In this document: in pieces, positions 1 to 9,988 of the stretch
Position numbering within the stretch: position 1 is the first letter of the stretch
Layout of the letters: each line of letters begins with the position of its first letter
NCBI RefSeq assembly: GCF_006345805.1
Contig: NW_021823861.1
Span: 1-20,891 of the forward strand
Direction: 5' to 3'
Source: Octopus sinensis
Lineage: Eukaryota
Length of the DNA stretch: 20,891 nucleotides
Notes under the pieces: generated by a model
What the model was told of the DNA's origin: nothing
Database searches by the model: none
What the model saw: only the letters and a program-made list of their open reading frames with translations
Translations under genes and position numbers: made by a program

Positions 1-21
1 ATATATGCATATATATATAGA

Positions 22-1728
22 CCACATAGACATAACAGAGAGGGATGTAATATCTGCCATAGAAGAAATGAGAATAAACTCAGCTGCTGGACCAGATGGA
101 TTCCCAGCAGTCCTCCTGAAAACATGCAGGCATGCCCTAGCGGGACCACTGAAGAAGCTCTCTGGTGTGGTTCCTTGGCTAATGGTAAACTGCCCAGGGC
201 GCTAAAAGAAGGCACCATATGCCCTATCCACAAAGGAGGGAGTAGAGCAGAGGCAAAAACTACAGGCCAGTCTCCCTGACGTCACACATAAGTAAGGTCA
301 TGAACGAATCATCAGAAAAAAACTGATCACGTTCCTCGAAGAAACTAACCGTCTCACTGACACACAGCATGGCTTTCGCCCAGGAAGAAGCTGCCTTACG
401 CAGCTGTTACAATACTACGACTGGGTACTGAAAAACTACTGGATCGCTCACAGGTGGATGTGGTATATCTCGACTTTGCGAAGGCCTTTGACAAAGTCGA
501 CCACGGAGTGATATGTCACAAATTACTCAGACTCGGCATAACAGGAAAAGTAGGTGAGTGGATACATGACTTCCTGAAGGACAGAAGCCAGATGGTTGCA
601 GCCAATGGAGCCCTCTCGGGAAAGACACCAATAGCAAGCGGGGTGCCACAGGGCACAGTCTTGGGACCCTTGCTGTTTGTTTGGTGGCGCTCTCTGACAT
701 GCCCATGGTAGCACAAACAACATCCCTCACTAGCTATGCTGATGACACAAAGGTAGCACAGGCAATCAAAACCCAGCTGATGCTGACCTTTTACAACAAG
801 ATCTGGATGCCATATACAAATGGGCTGAAGACAACAACATGCAATTTAATGCTGGTAAATTTCAAGCCTTACAATATATCTAGCTGTAAACACATATACA
901 TTACAACACAACTATACTGGTCCAGGAGGGATCGAAATCCCAGTATCGAAATCAATACGGGACCTGGGGATAGACATGAGTGACGATGCATCTTTTTCTT
1001 CACACATCGCGAAGGTGGCGACAATGTGCAGACGACTCATGGCTGGATCCTGAGGACATTCCGGACAAGAGACTGCGAGACCATGTTGACACTAAGGAGG
1101 ACATTTGTCCTAAGCCGCCTGGACTACTGCTCCCAACTGTGGTCACCGCATAGTGTCAAACTAACCACAGAGCTTGAGACAATCCAAAGGCATTTCACCA
1201 AGAGGATTTCCACATGAAAGAAAAGAACTATTGGGAGAGGCTTAGGGAACTCAATTTGTACTCCTTGGAACGAAGACGAGAGAGAGATATGCAGTGATAT
1301 ACATATGGAAAATCCTGGAGGGACTAGCACCAAATTTTGGAATTGAGAGCTGTTCCAATCCCCGTACAGGACGTCACTGTGTGGTGCCAAAGGTCCCGTC
1401 TTCCACATCCAGGGTAAGGAGCAGATACTGTAATAGCCTGGGGTTCAGGGGCCCTCAGCTTTTCAACAAACTGCCAAGAAAACTAAGAGATCTACATGAT
1501 GCGGATGTGGACATTTTCAAAAAACATCTAGACAAGCTGCTTTCCGGGATCCCAGATGAACCCACTGCAAGGTCGAAGGTAACCTAAGGGCAGCAGCTAC
1601 AAACTCTCTCTTAGATCAGTGGCCAGCCACGGCAAACTGGACTTAGAGAGGGTAGCAACAAGGGCGGTGCCCCAGCATGGCCTCAGCAGGATGGCTGAAA
1701 CAAGTAAAAGAGTAAAAGAGTAAAAGAG
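22..1728 (+). mobile_element. 5'-truncated non-LTR retrotransposon, CR1/L2 (Jockey) group: ORF2 RT and C-terminal region plus 3' UTR, frameshifted (copy 1)
   Basis: RT motifs in order across frames: [59 protein letters not shown] (YADD 735-746), RDLGI, LDYCSQLWSP, LERRRERY, IYIWKILEGL. 3' end GGTGCCCCAGCATGGCC...GGCTGAAAC followed by (GTAAAAGA)x3 at 1704-1727. TA satellite on both sides. Confidence 0.95.
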
Positions 1729-2295
1729 TATATATATGTATATATATATATATATGCATATATATGTATATATATATGCATATATATGTATATATATATA
1801 TGCATATATATGTATATATATATATGCATATATATGTATATATATGCATATATATCATATATATGCATATATATATATACATATATATGCATATATGTAT
1901 ATATATATATGCATATATATGTATATATATGCATATATATGTATATATATGCATATATATGTATATATATATATATGCATATATGCATATATATGTATAT
2001 ATTATATATATGCATATATATGTATATATATATATATGCATATATATGCATATATATATGTATATATAGGCAATATATGCAATATATGTATATATATATA
2101 TATGCATATATATATATATATGCATATATGTATATATATGCATATATATGTATATATATGCATAATATGTATATATATGTATATATATGCAATATAGTAT
2201 ATATAATATATATATATATGCATATATATGTATATATATATATATATGCCTATATATGTATATATATATATATATATATATGCATATATATGTTA

Positions 2296-2330
<35 letters not shown>
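1729..2330. repeat. (TA)n-derived satellite with alternating TGCA / TGTA interruptions (about 18-24 bp period)
   Basis: Repeated tatatatgcatatatatg units; the same style occurs at 1-20 on the other side of LINE copy 1. Confidence 0.95.
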
Positions 2331-2331
<1 letters not shown>

Positions 2332-3018
2332 AAAAGGCAGGCAAGGAAACACAAATAACAAGCGGTGTTCCACAGGGCACTGTCTTAGGGCCACTGCTGT
2401 TCATAGTGGCCCTTTCAGACTTGCCCTCAGTTGCTAAGATGGCCACCCTTGCTAGCTATGCAGATGACACAAAAGTCTCGCACACAATACAAAATCCTGG
2501 AAATATTGCAATCTGCAACAGGAGTTGCAACATATCAGCTACTGGGAAAGACTGAAAGTATTAAAACTCTTCTCCCCAGAGCGAAGGCGGGAGAGATATG
2601 TAGTGATATACATCTGGAAAATCCTGGAGGATCTTGTCCCAAACTTTGGCATTCAAAGTTACCCCAACCGCACTGCAGGGTGCCAAAGATTCCAACATCA
2701 CCATGAAAATACAGGACCAGATACTGCAACAGCTTGGGTTTCAGAGGACTACAGCTCTTCAACATCCTCCCTAAATGCCTGAGAGACTTGCATGGTGTGG
2801 ATGTGGGTTTCTTTAAAACTAAACTGGATCTCTTGTCGGGGGTCCCAGATGAACCTACCTCACGACAGGAGACACAGATGCGGGCAGCGGCATCGAACTT
2901 CCTTGTTGACCAAGTGCCATGTATCAGAGGTGGATTCACATATTAGTGTAGCTCATTCAGCGGTGGTGCCCCAGCATGGCCGCAGCCTCCGGGCTGAAAC
3001 ATTTTTAAGGATTTAAGG

Positions 3019-3022
<4 letters not shown>
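2331..3022 (+). mobile_element. 5'-truncated, internally deleted CR1-group LINE, sister subfamily of copy 1
   Basis: Translates to [24 protein letters not shown]...SYADDTK (YADD 2457-2468), then jumps at about 2526 to SYWERLK...ERRRERYVVIYIWKILEDLVPNFG and GVPDEPT. Same 3' motif GGTGCCCCAGCATGGCCGCAGCC-TCCG-GGCTGAAAC but a different tail (TTTAAGGA repeats), followed by pure (TA)n. Confidence 0.92.

Positions 3023-3063
<41 letters not shown>
3023..3063. repeat. (TA)n microsatellite
   Basis: Pure TA run directly after the LINE tail. Confidence 0.95.
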
Positions 3064-3067
<4 letters not shown>

Positions 3068-3388
3068 CAATAAATTCTGGGTGAATACTTGATAAGTATA
3101 AGCACCTGTATATGCCAGCTATATCCGTCCATACTGTATCATCAGTCAATATAGAGTGAATGCTGGGTAGATTCCAGTTGGGTTCATTCCTCTTATAAGG
3201 GAAGGAAATAAGGAGAATTGAGGGGAAGAGAAGGAAACGGTAATGATGTTGGGATCACAAAAAAATATATATGCAGATACATGTGTGTGTGTATTTGCTT
3301 GGTTCTACAGAAGTTGCAGAATGCAGATGTTGGTGTTGTTTGTTGATAAAATTGGTGTTAAATGAGTTCATTTAACTTTCAACATTGT

Positions 3389-3599
3389 TCAACCCTTCAG
3401 CATTCTGATTACTCTATCAAATGCACATTTATTCATATTCATTTCAGTTTATATGTATTATCTTCTAGCCTGCCGACTTCAATGATGTGACTGTATATTG
3501 TAGGGTAAGTGTCAGAGGCTGCTGCAGCTGGCCAGATGGAACATAAAACATTAAAACTATTTTTGCCAGATGTGACCATTTTAAATGTTCAAGGATTGA
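3389..3599. mobile_element. Degenerate MITE with piggyBac-like ends (AACCCTT...AAGG(G/A)TT)
   Basis: Left end TCAACCCTTCAGCATT (3389-3404) versus reverse complement of right end TCAATCCTTGAACATT (3584-3599): 13/16 match. About 210 bp, non-coding. Termini resemble eroded TTAA-CCC ends. Confidence 0.55.
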
Positions 3600-3662
3600 T
3601 CAAATTTTTAATTCCTGCCTTAATTATTTCTTAATTATTTCTCTTTCTCTTTTTCATTCTAG

Positions 3663-3710
3663 TCGCTCTTGTTGCTGCAGTTTGTCTTTATTTGCGAGAT
3701 GTTGCTCAAG
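3663..3710 (+). CDS. Candidate internal exon A of an unidentified host gene (48 nt; phase-1 reading xALVAAVCLYLRDVAQG)
   Basis: Long polypyrimidine tract 3638-3660 plus TAG acceptor (AG 3661-3662), branch-like CTTAAT upstream, consensus donor AAG|GTAAGT at 3711. Non-repetitive sequence; all three frames are open. Confidence 0.7.
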
Positions 3711-4243
3711 GTAAGTCTCAATTGAACTGTGGTAAAAATAAATGGCGAAAGTTATGGGTTCTGTTCCTTCTTCTCTGATTAATTGACTGAAAATAAAATT
3801 GTTTCTCATATCATCATTGTCATCATCATTATCATCATCATCATTGTTGTTGTTATCCATGTTTTTACTTCCTTTTTATTCCATGCTGTCATGGTTTGTA
3901 TGAAACATCTTAGGGAAGGTGGGTGTTCTGTGGACGGATGCTCTCCCTGTCACCAACTTTATTGCACTGATTTTTGTCTGTTGAAACTGCTGAGTTACAA
4001 AAGCCTTGCAAACATGATGTCATTGTTGTCCTGATGGTGACAGAGTGAAGACCTGCAAAGGGAAATATTTATGCACACTTGCATCTGCGCATATACATGC
4101 ATATACACATATGCACACCATGCACTCACAAACATTTGTGCATGTATGCGCATGTGTGTTTGTGTGTGCTTGTATGTAAGTGTAGATAGACTGACAGACA
4201 GATAGATCGATCAAAAAGGCAGTTGCCTTCTAGTTTAGACAAG

Positions 4244-4320
4244 TAAATCCTTGTGAGTGGATTTGGTAGATGGAAACTGAAAGAAGCCTGTTATATACGT
4301 CTGTGTGTGTGTGTATGTGT
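4244..4320 (+). mobile_element. SINE internal fragment (same family as 4465-4796)
   Basis: CCTTGTGAGTGGATTTGGTAGATGGAAACTGAAAGAAGCC nearly matches 4556-4595 and is followed by the same GT-rich segment. Confidence 0.75.
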
Positions 4321-4464
4321 TTTCTTTAGTTCTTTTCCGAAAATTCCGGCTTCATTGTCCAGTTATTTTTTAGATCAGTAACCTTTAACAAGGAATTATG
4401 CCACACCCTAACTGGGCCTACAGCTTTTATATAAACTGATACGAGTTAATAATTGACAAATATA

Positions 4465-4796
4465 AGGCGTGGCTGTGTGGTAAGGAGCTTGCTTCCCAAT
4501 CACATGGTTCCGGGTTCAGTCACAAATGTCTTCTATAGCCTCAGGTCAACCAAAGCCTTCTGAGTGGATTTGGTAGCCGGAAACTGAAAGAAGCCCATTG
4601 TGCATATATATGTGTGTGTGTCTGTTTGTCCCCCAACATCACTTGACAACCGATGTTGGTGTAACGTTGCGGTTCGGCAAAAAATCCGATGGAATAAGAA
4701 TGAGGCTTACAACGAATGAATCCTGTTTGTTCGACTAAAGACGGTGTTCCAGCATGACCGCAGTTTAATGACTGCAAAAGAATAAAATAAAATAAA
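4465..4796 (+). mobile_element. tRNA-derived SINE with LINE-related 3' end
   Basis: Pol III A box TGGCTGTGTGG (4470-4480) and B-box-like GGTTCAGTCAC (4513-4523). 3' end CGGTGTTCCAGCATGACCGCAGTT-TAAT-GACTG matches the LINE 3' motif. (AATAA)n tail. Confidence 0.85.
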
Positions 4797-4892
4797 TATA
4801 ATCAACTGGATTGCAGATTTTGGTGGAGAGATGTAAGGCAAGAGAGGTAACTGCTTAAGTAGCAAGGGGGGTAACTCTGAGGAGAATATATA

Positions 4893-5472
4893 TTTTTTAC
4901 TTGTTTCAGCCATTAGACTGTGGCAATGCTGTGGCATCGCTTTGAAGTGTTCAGTGGAACAAATCGACCCTTTTACTCTTTTGACGAATCCCTCAGTTAC
5001 GGGACGTAACCGTACCAACACCGCTTGTAAAATAGTGATGGGAGCAAATACAGCCAAAAGACACACATATATAGATACATGCTTGTATTATTTGTATGTG
5101 TGTGTGTTTATGTAGGCGTGTGGCTTAGTGGTTAGAGTGGTGCACTCATGATCATAAGATTGTGGTTTCGATTCCTGGACTGGGCGATGTATTGTGTTCT
5201 TCAGCAAAACAACCTTACATGTTGCTCCAGTTCATCAGCTGGCAAAAGTGAGTAATCCTGGAACAGCTCAGCGCCCCACCCATGGGGTGGGTAAACGGGT
5301 GGAATACACACACAATCACACACACACACACACACATATATGCCTCAGAAACTGGGAAACTGGCCTTATGAAGCTATGGATCAGGAAGGTCTGGGGCTAT
5401 AGTAGGAGACACTGGGACTGAACCCAGAACCTTGTGATTGGGAAGCAAATGTCTTACCACACAACCATGCTT
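4893..5472 (-). mobile_element. tRNA-derived SINE of the same family on the minus strand, apparently interrupted by the SINE at 5115-5388
   Basis: Head at 5389-5472 reads TGGTTGTGTGGTAAGACATTTGCTTCCCAATCACAAGGTTCTGGGTTCAGTCCC on the minus strand. Body and tail at 4893-5066 end in CAGCATTGCCACAGTC-TAAT-GGCTGAAACAAGTAAAA, the same terminus as LINE copy 1. Confidence 0.75.
5115..5388 (+). mobile_element. Second tRNA-derived SINE family
   Basis: A box TGGCTTAGTGG (5121-5131) and B box GTTTCGATTCC (5165-5175) with tRNA-like spacing but no complete cloverleaf. Body contains a (CA)n run. 3' boundary approximate. Confidence 0.7.
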
Positions 5473-5892
5473 GATTTTGTTTTTAAACTTATTTAAATAC
5501 CTCAACCATCTTTAAATATTTCCTTACTCGATCAACCCACAGTTTAACTTAAAAACAAAACTCTGTCCTGCTCCACTTATCATTAATATGTTCTTGGTTT
5601 TTTTTTGTTATATGCTTTAATGGGCCCTTAAATTAACCTTTTTGCATTTTTCTCTGCAAATGTTTATTTTTAACCTAAACGTATTGTATTTTACTTGAAA
5701 AGCATTTGTGTGCACACATATTAATGTACGTGTGAGTGGACGTATATATATTTATATATATACATATGTACATACACATATATATATATTGTATTTGTAT
5801 GCATGTGTTAAACACACATACGCATATACACACACACATTCACAAAATCTTGCGTGCCATTATTTATAAACTTTGGAACTTATACTTTTCAG

Positions 5893-5959
5893 GAGGAAAA
5901 CTTAATGAAAGTGCTCAGACTAGAAACGAGAGAAAGACACAAAGTCTGGATATAAATGG
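5893..5959 (+). CDS. Candidate internal exon B of the host gene (67 nt; GKLNESAQTRNERKTQSLDING)
   Basis: Acceptor CTTATACTTTTCAG| (AG 5891-5892) and donor TGG|GTAAGA at 5960. Purine-rich, exon-like composition. Open in the frame continuing exon A's phase-1 reading. Confidence 0.6.
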
Positions 5960-6232
5960 GTAAGATTCATATATATAAATATACATACCGAATCTGCACT
6001 CTCACCCCCCCCAATCGCACCCCCCAACCACGTGCTCTCGAATCATGCATTTTCACAATATCCTGCCGCTTATATTATGACCTTTGAACCTTAAGGGTAT
6101 GCCTGGCACTTGCCACTATCTATATCTCTCTCTTCCTTTACTTAACCGTCCCTTTCATATTCTGATCTCCATCTCTTGTGAGTATGCCAGGCACTTTACA
6201 CCATCTCTATCCTGCGGTCTCCTACTCTCCCT

Positions 6233-8006
6233 TGCAATCATCTCTCTTGCACACTACATCTGATGCCTCTTCTTCTTAATTTTTCTCTCAAGATGCTTAC
6301 ACTCTCTCAAACCTTTACACTGACATTGCACATCCAGCAAAGCGTACTGGCTTCATTTCTTTCAAGCCTACTCATGTCCCTTGGCTGTCATAGCCCATGT
6401 TTCACTGACATGTAGCATAGCTGTTTGCACACAGTCATTATACAATCTGCCTTTCACTCTGAGAGAGAGGCCCTTTGTTGCCAGCAGATGTAGGAGCTCT
6501 CTGAACTTGGCCCATCCTATTCTTATTCTCACAGCTACACACTTGGAGCATTCACCTCCACTACTAACTTGACCACCTAGATAAAAGCTATCTATTACCA
6601 CCTCTAGCTTGCCTCCCTGGCAGTTGATGGAGTCTATTTTCTGCACATTTTCAGAATTTATTGTACCTGTGCATTTTCCACATACAAAAGCTGGTTTCTC
6701 TATTAACCTTCCTCTGATATTGCTGCACCTTTTATGTGTCCAAAGCTTACACAAGGTACATCCTACAGATCGAGCAGGGCCATCTACCTGAAGGGATTTG
6801 TGATTTGTTTGCCTTCCTATTTACAAAGACTGGTTTTTCTAGGTTAACTCTAAGGCTCTTTGATTCTAGACCTTGCTTTCATACCGGAACTTCTCTAGTT
6901 CTGGTAGTGATTCGGGTATAAGAGCAAGGTCATCAGCATAGAGGAGCTCCCAGGGGCAACTTGTCTTAAATTCCTCTGTCTGGAGGACTATGATGAACAA
7001 GAAGAGGCTGAGGACCATTCCTTGGTGAACCCCTACTTGTACTCTAATACTTTGCTGTACTTGTTACCACCCCTTGCCTTACTGGTACTGTCCCTGTACA
7101 AGGGTTGTACTGCTCTCGCTAACTACTTGTCTATCTCTGGTTTCCACATTGACCAACAGATAAGGGATCAGAGGATCCTGTCAAAGGCTTCTTCAAGTCA
7201 ACAAAAGCCAAATACAGAGGTTTATCTTTGGCTGTCTCCTAGCTTCCCTTCTGGCTATCTGATACAGTTCTCTGCTACCCACTCTATTTCTCTGCTCTAA
7301 TGGCCCCATCTACAGTATTGTTCCACCACCATATTATTCTAGGTCTGGAGAGGACTTTGCACAAACTACAGATTTGGTCTGTGTCTCTCAACAAGCTGTC
7401 CTGCAGGAAGTCCCAGTTGCCCTCCATGTCACAAGTTTGTAGCCCCTCCTCCTCCCGCTCATCAAATTTCTCAATTAGGATCTCACTAAATCTCTGAGCA
7501 CATAAAGGATCCTTAAAATTCCAAATCCTTCTTTTCCATATTGGTCTTCTTCTTGGCATCCTTCTGGCCTTGAGTCTAAAGTCACTAATGACTAGTCTAT
7601 GCTGGGGGATACATTCTTTACCAGGGAGGGTCTTTGCATTTAAGAATAACCGTGCATCCCACTGCCTGGTGAGAATGTTATCAATCTGGCTAGCATTGCC
7701 ACCTGATTGGTAGGTTATCAGGTGGCTGGTCAGCTTCCTGAAGTTGGTGTTGCAGATCAATAGGTTATTTGGTGTCACAGGGCTCCAGTAGCCTTGTTCC
7801 ATCTTCGTTTCAGAAACCAATTCTATGCTCCCATGTACACCATGGATGATACCAGGCTGCCACCTGACATGCCCATTGTAATCCCCAGCCACAAAGATGA
7901 GATCATTGTCACTTGTCTTTGAGATAGCCTGTAGAAGAATATCATAAAAGTGGTCCTTCTGTTCATTTGGTATGTCTGCTTGTGGGGTGTAGGCAGAGAT
8001 AATTGT
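6233..8006 (-). mobile_element. Decayed RTE-clade LINE (APE endonuclease C-half, partial RT, C-terminal region) with internal deletions, stops and frameshifts
   Basis: Minus strand: IISAYTPQ...VAGDYNGHV, NTNFRK...ITYQSG...SQIDNIL, QHRLVISD (APE); WWWN; LEEAFDR, VGVHQG, ELLYADDLAL (YADD 6929-6940), FYLG, RIRIGWAKFREL, KGRLY...AMLHVSETWAM, RLERNE. These are typical of RTE/BovB-like ORFs. Confidence 0.93.
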
Positions 8007-8063
8007 AGGTATATAAAAGAAATTAGTTGTGTGTGCAAAAATTGTAAATATTTGATAAATATT

Positions 8064-8065
<2 letters not shown>

Positions 8066-8101
<36 letters not shown>
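8066..8101. repeat. (TA)n microsatellite
   Basis: Pure AT run. Confidence 0.9.
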
Positions 8102-8103
<2 letters not shown>

Positions 8104-8759
8104 TATGTAAATGTAATTATTTCTGTTGATGTGTTATGTTGAGAGGGTTTTCAGATATTTCCAAGAAACTCCTTCTAAAGTTTAGAGCATTAACCTCCAA
8201 ATGCCTTTGAAAGATTTGTCCAGTTTCCCATCATATTATTTAGCTCTGTTGTTAAATAACCACAAACAATGATGAAACTATTTTGTAATTCCAGCACGGA
8301 CTAATCTGACACTAAATAAAAAGACCAAATCTGGAACATGTAACTATTTTTTGTACCCTTGTACCCCCAACCATTGTTATATAAATATACGGACCCTGAA
8401 ACATATTGCTTTAATTGTAACCCCATAAATACGACTTGTTAAATGTTTATGCTTTGTGATTCTATAAATGCAACTCTTTAGAAGCCTGTTAAATATAATG
8501 TGTTGTTGCAACAGATGGAGTGCTCCAGCTGGGTGCTGGGACACTATATCAATATCAGTTGATTCTATGAATGGAACAACTGGCTCATGAAATCAACTTG
8601 CAAGTTGCTGAGCACACCACTAAGCCATGCACCTTAATTCTGAGGTATATAGGGCTCTTTGTAAATAGTGTGATCGCATAAATAAAACCTGTTAAATGTA
8701 ATGTTTTCTTTAGGACCCACTCAGCCCAATGTTTTTAATACAATTCTATAAATTGTAGG

Positions 8760-9060
8760 GAATACTAGGGGGTTTGTAGACCAGTCCATCTGCAGAGCTT
8801 TACAGCTTGTTTACCATCACAGGGGCCAGTTGGTAGGGAGCCATGTGTTTGGCTATGGAAGCAGTGGAAGTTGCCTCAAGGTGGATCAGAAAGTGTGAAC
8901 CTTTGCAGGGGCAGTGTTACCAAGGGTAGTGCTAATTGGATACAAGGTGGGGTTTGATCAATCCTGGGTGGGTCAGCTGAGTGAAGGTGCCTGATGTTGA
9001 AAGACCTATCACACCTAATGACCCTTGGGAACATACCTGATGATGTGTCCAGGACATTAC
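8760..9060 (+). mobile_element. Possible 3' remnant of a restriction-like-endonuclease LINE (HERO-like)
   Basis: 8831-8890 translates W*GAMCLAME/AVEVASRWI, resembling the GWRAxCxPxEV...EAAEKASRWLW C-terminus I recall for this clade. The downstream GC-richer segment (TGATCAATCCTGGGTGGGTC...CTGATGTTGAAAGACC...CTGATGATGTGTCC) resembles its 3' UTR. From memory only, not verified. Confidence 0.4.
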
Positions 9061-9761
9061 AAGATTATGTATGGAAAAAAAAAAGTAATCCCTTAAATAC
9101 AGTACTTTAAATTTGACCCCTACCCCATTTAAATATAACTCCCTATATGTAATGATCTTTAAACTACAAACCCTCTTTTAATTACTAAATGATTTCTGTC
9201 TTCAACCCCTTGTTCCCTATTTCTCTTTTCCCCTATTTACAACCCTTTTTTCTCTTTTCAGCCTTTTTATTTTTTGTTATTTTCCTCTTCTTCTTTCTCA
9301 AACCTACAAATGTTTTGTCCTGTTTCCAACCTTGTTCAACCCATATTCCTTGTTTTTGTGCCATTTTCTAAACAATTTTGATAGAAGAGGCTCAGGACAC
9401 CTGTTACTCAACAAAAGTTTTCTTTTTTTTTCTGTCCCTCCATTCTAAACTATGGATGCACAAAAGAATCATTTGGTTCATAAACAAGATGAGGGAGAAG
9501 GGCTACAAATGTAAGTGAGTACAGGAATAATGAGCAGTAAGGGCATCCATAAAATTAATTTTATCAAATACTCTATAGAGTTTCCTGACTATTGAAACAC
9601 CCATCTCTTCTGCTGATTTGGTCACCTAGGTAACATAGGTAACCCTTACTACGTGGAAACAGAGTATATTTGATTCTAAGCATGTGCACTCAAGACACAG
9701 GAACCAAGTTAACTCATTTTTGATTTGAAATTCTCTGCAATTCATATGACATAGCACAGAT

Positions 9762-9956
9762 GTTTTGTCCTTACTGGGCCCTAGAAAGAGGTTGCAAGAC
9801 ATTTTGTCCTTACTGGGCCCTAGAAAGAGCTTGCAAGACGTTTTGTCCTTACTGGGCCCTAGAAAGAAGTTGCAAGACATTTTGTCCTTACTGGGCCCTA
9901 GAAAGAGCTTGCAAGACGTTTTGTCCTTACTAGGCCCTAGAAAGAGGTTGCAAGAA
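9762..9956. repeat. Minisatellite, 5 x 39 bp, with alternating A/B variants
   Basis: Unit RTTTTGTCCTTACTGGGCCCTAGAAAGARSTTGCAAGAC starting at 9762, 9801, 9840, 9879 and 9918. Confidence 0.97.
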
Positions 9957-9988
9957 ATTGTTTGCACATGATTAACAGGTTACATCTC

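Noticed and set aside
1643-2446. Long Ile/Tyr/His/Cys-rich ORFs (also at 10619-12156 and 16500-20598)
   Set aside because: Translations of TA-type microsatellites that lack stop codons by composition.
3064-3270. Possible Penelope or hammerhead remnant (CTGATGA on the minus strand near 3140)
   Set aside because: No GAAA core or stems in the right positions; identity cannot be supported.
3663-3710. FICEMLLK resembling a voltage-gated channel S2 helix
   Set aside because: That frame stops within exon B, which is incompatible with a channel. The match is too short to call.
4465-5200. tRNA genes at about 4470 and 5120
   Set aside because: A and B boxes are present but there is no complete cloverleaf or terminator, and they continue into SINE bodies.
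8520-8645. Possible additional SINE fragment
   Set aside because: It looks repeat-like but has no second copy or diagnostic boxes within the window.
9762-9956. CRISPR-like appearance of the ~39-bp repeats
   Set aside because: Units are directly adjacent with no unique spacers, there are no cas genes, and the context is eukaryotic.
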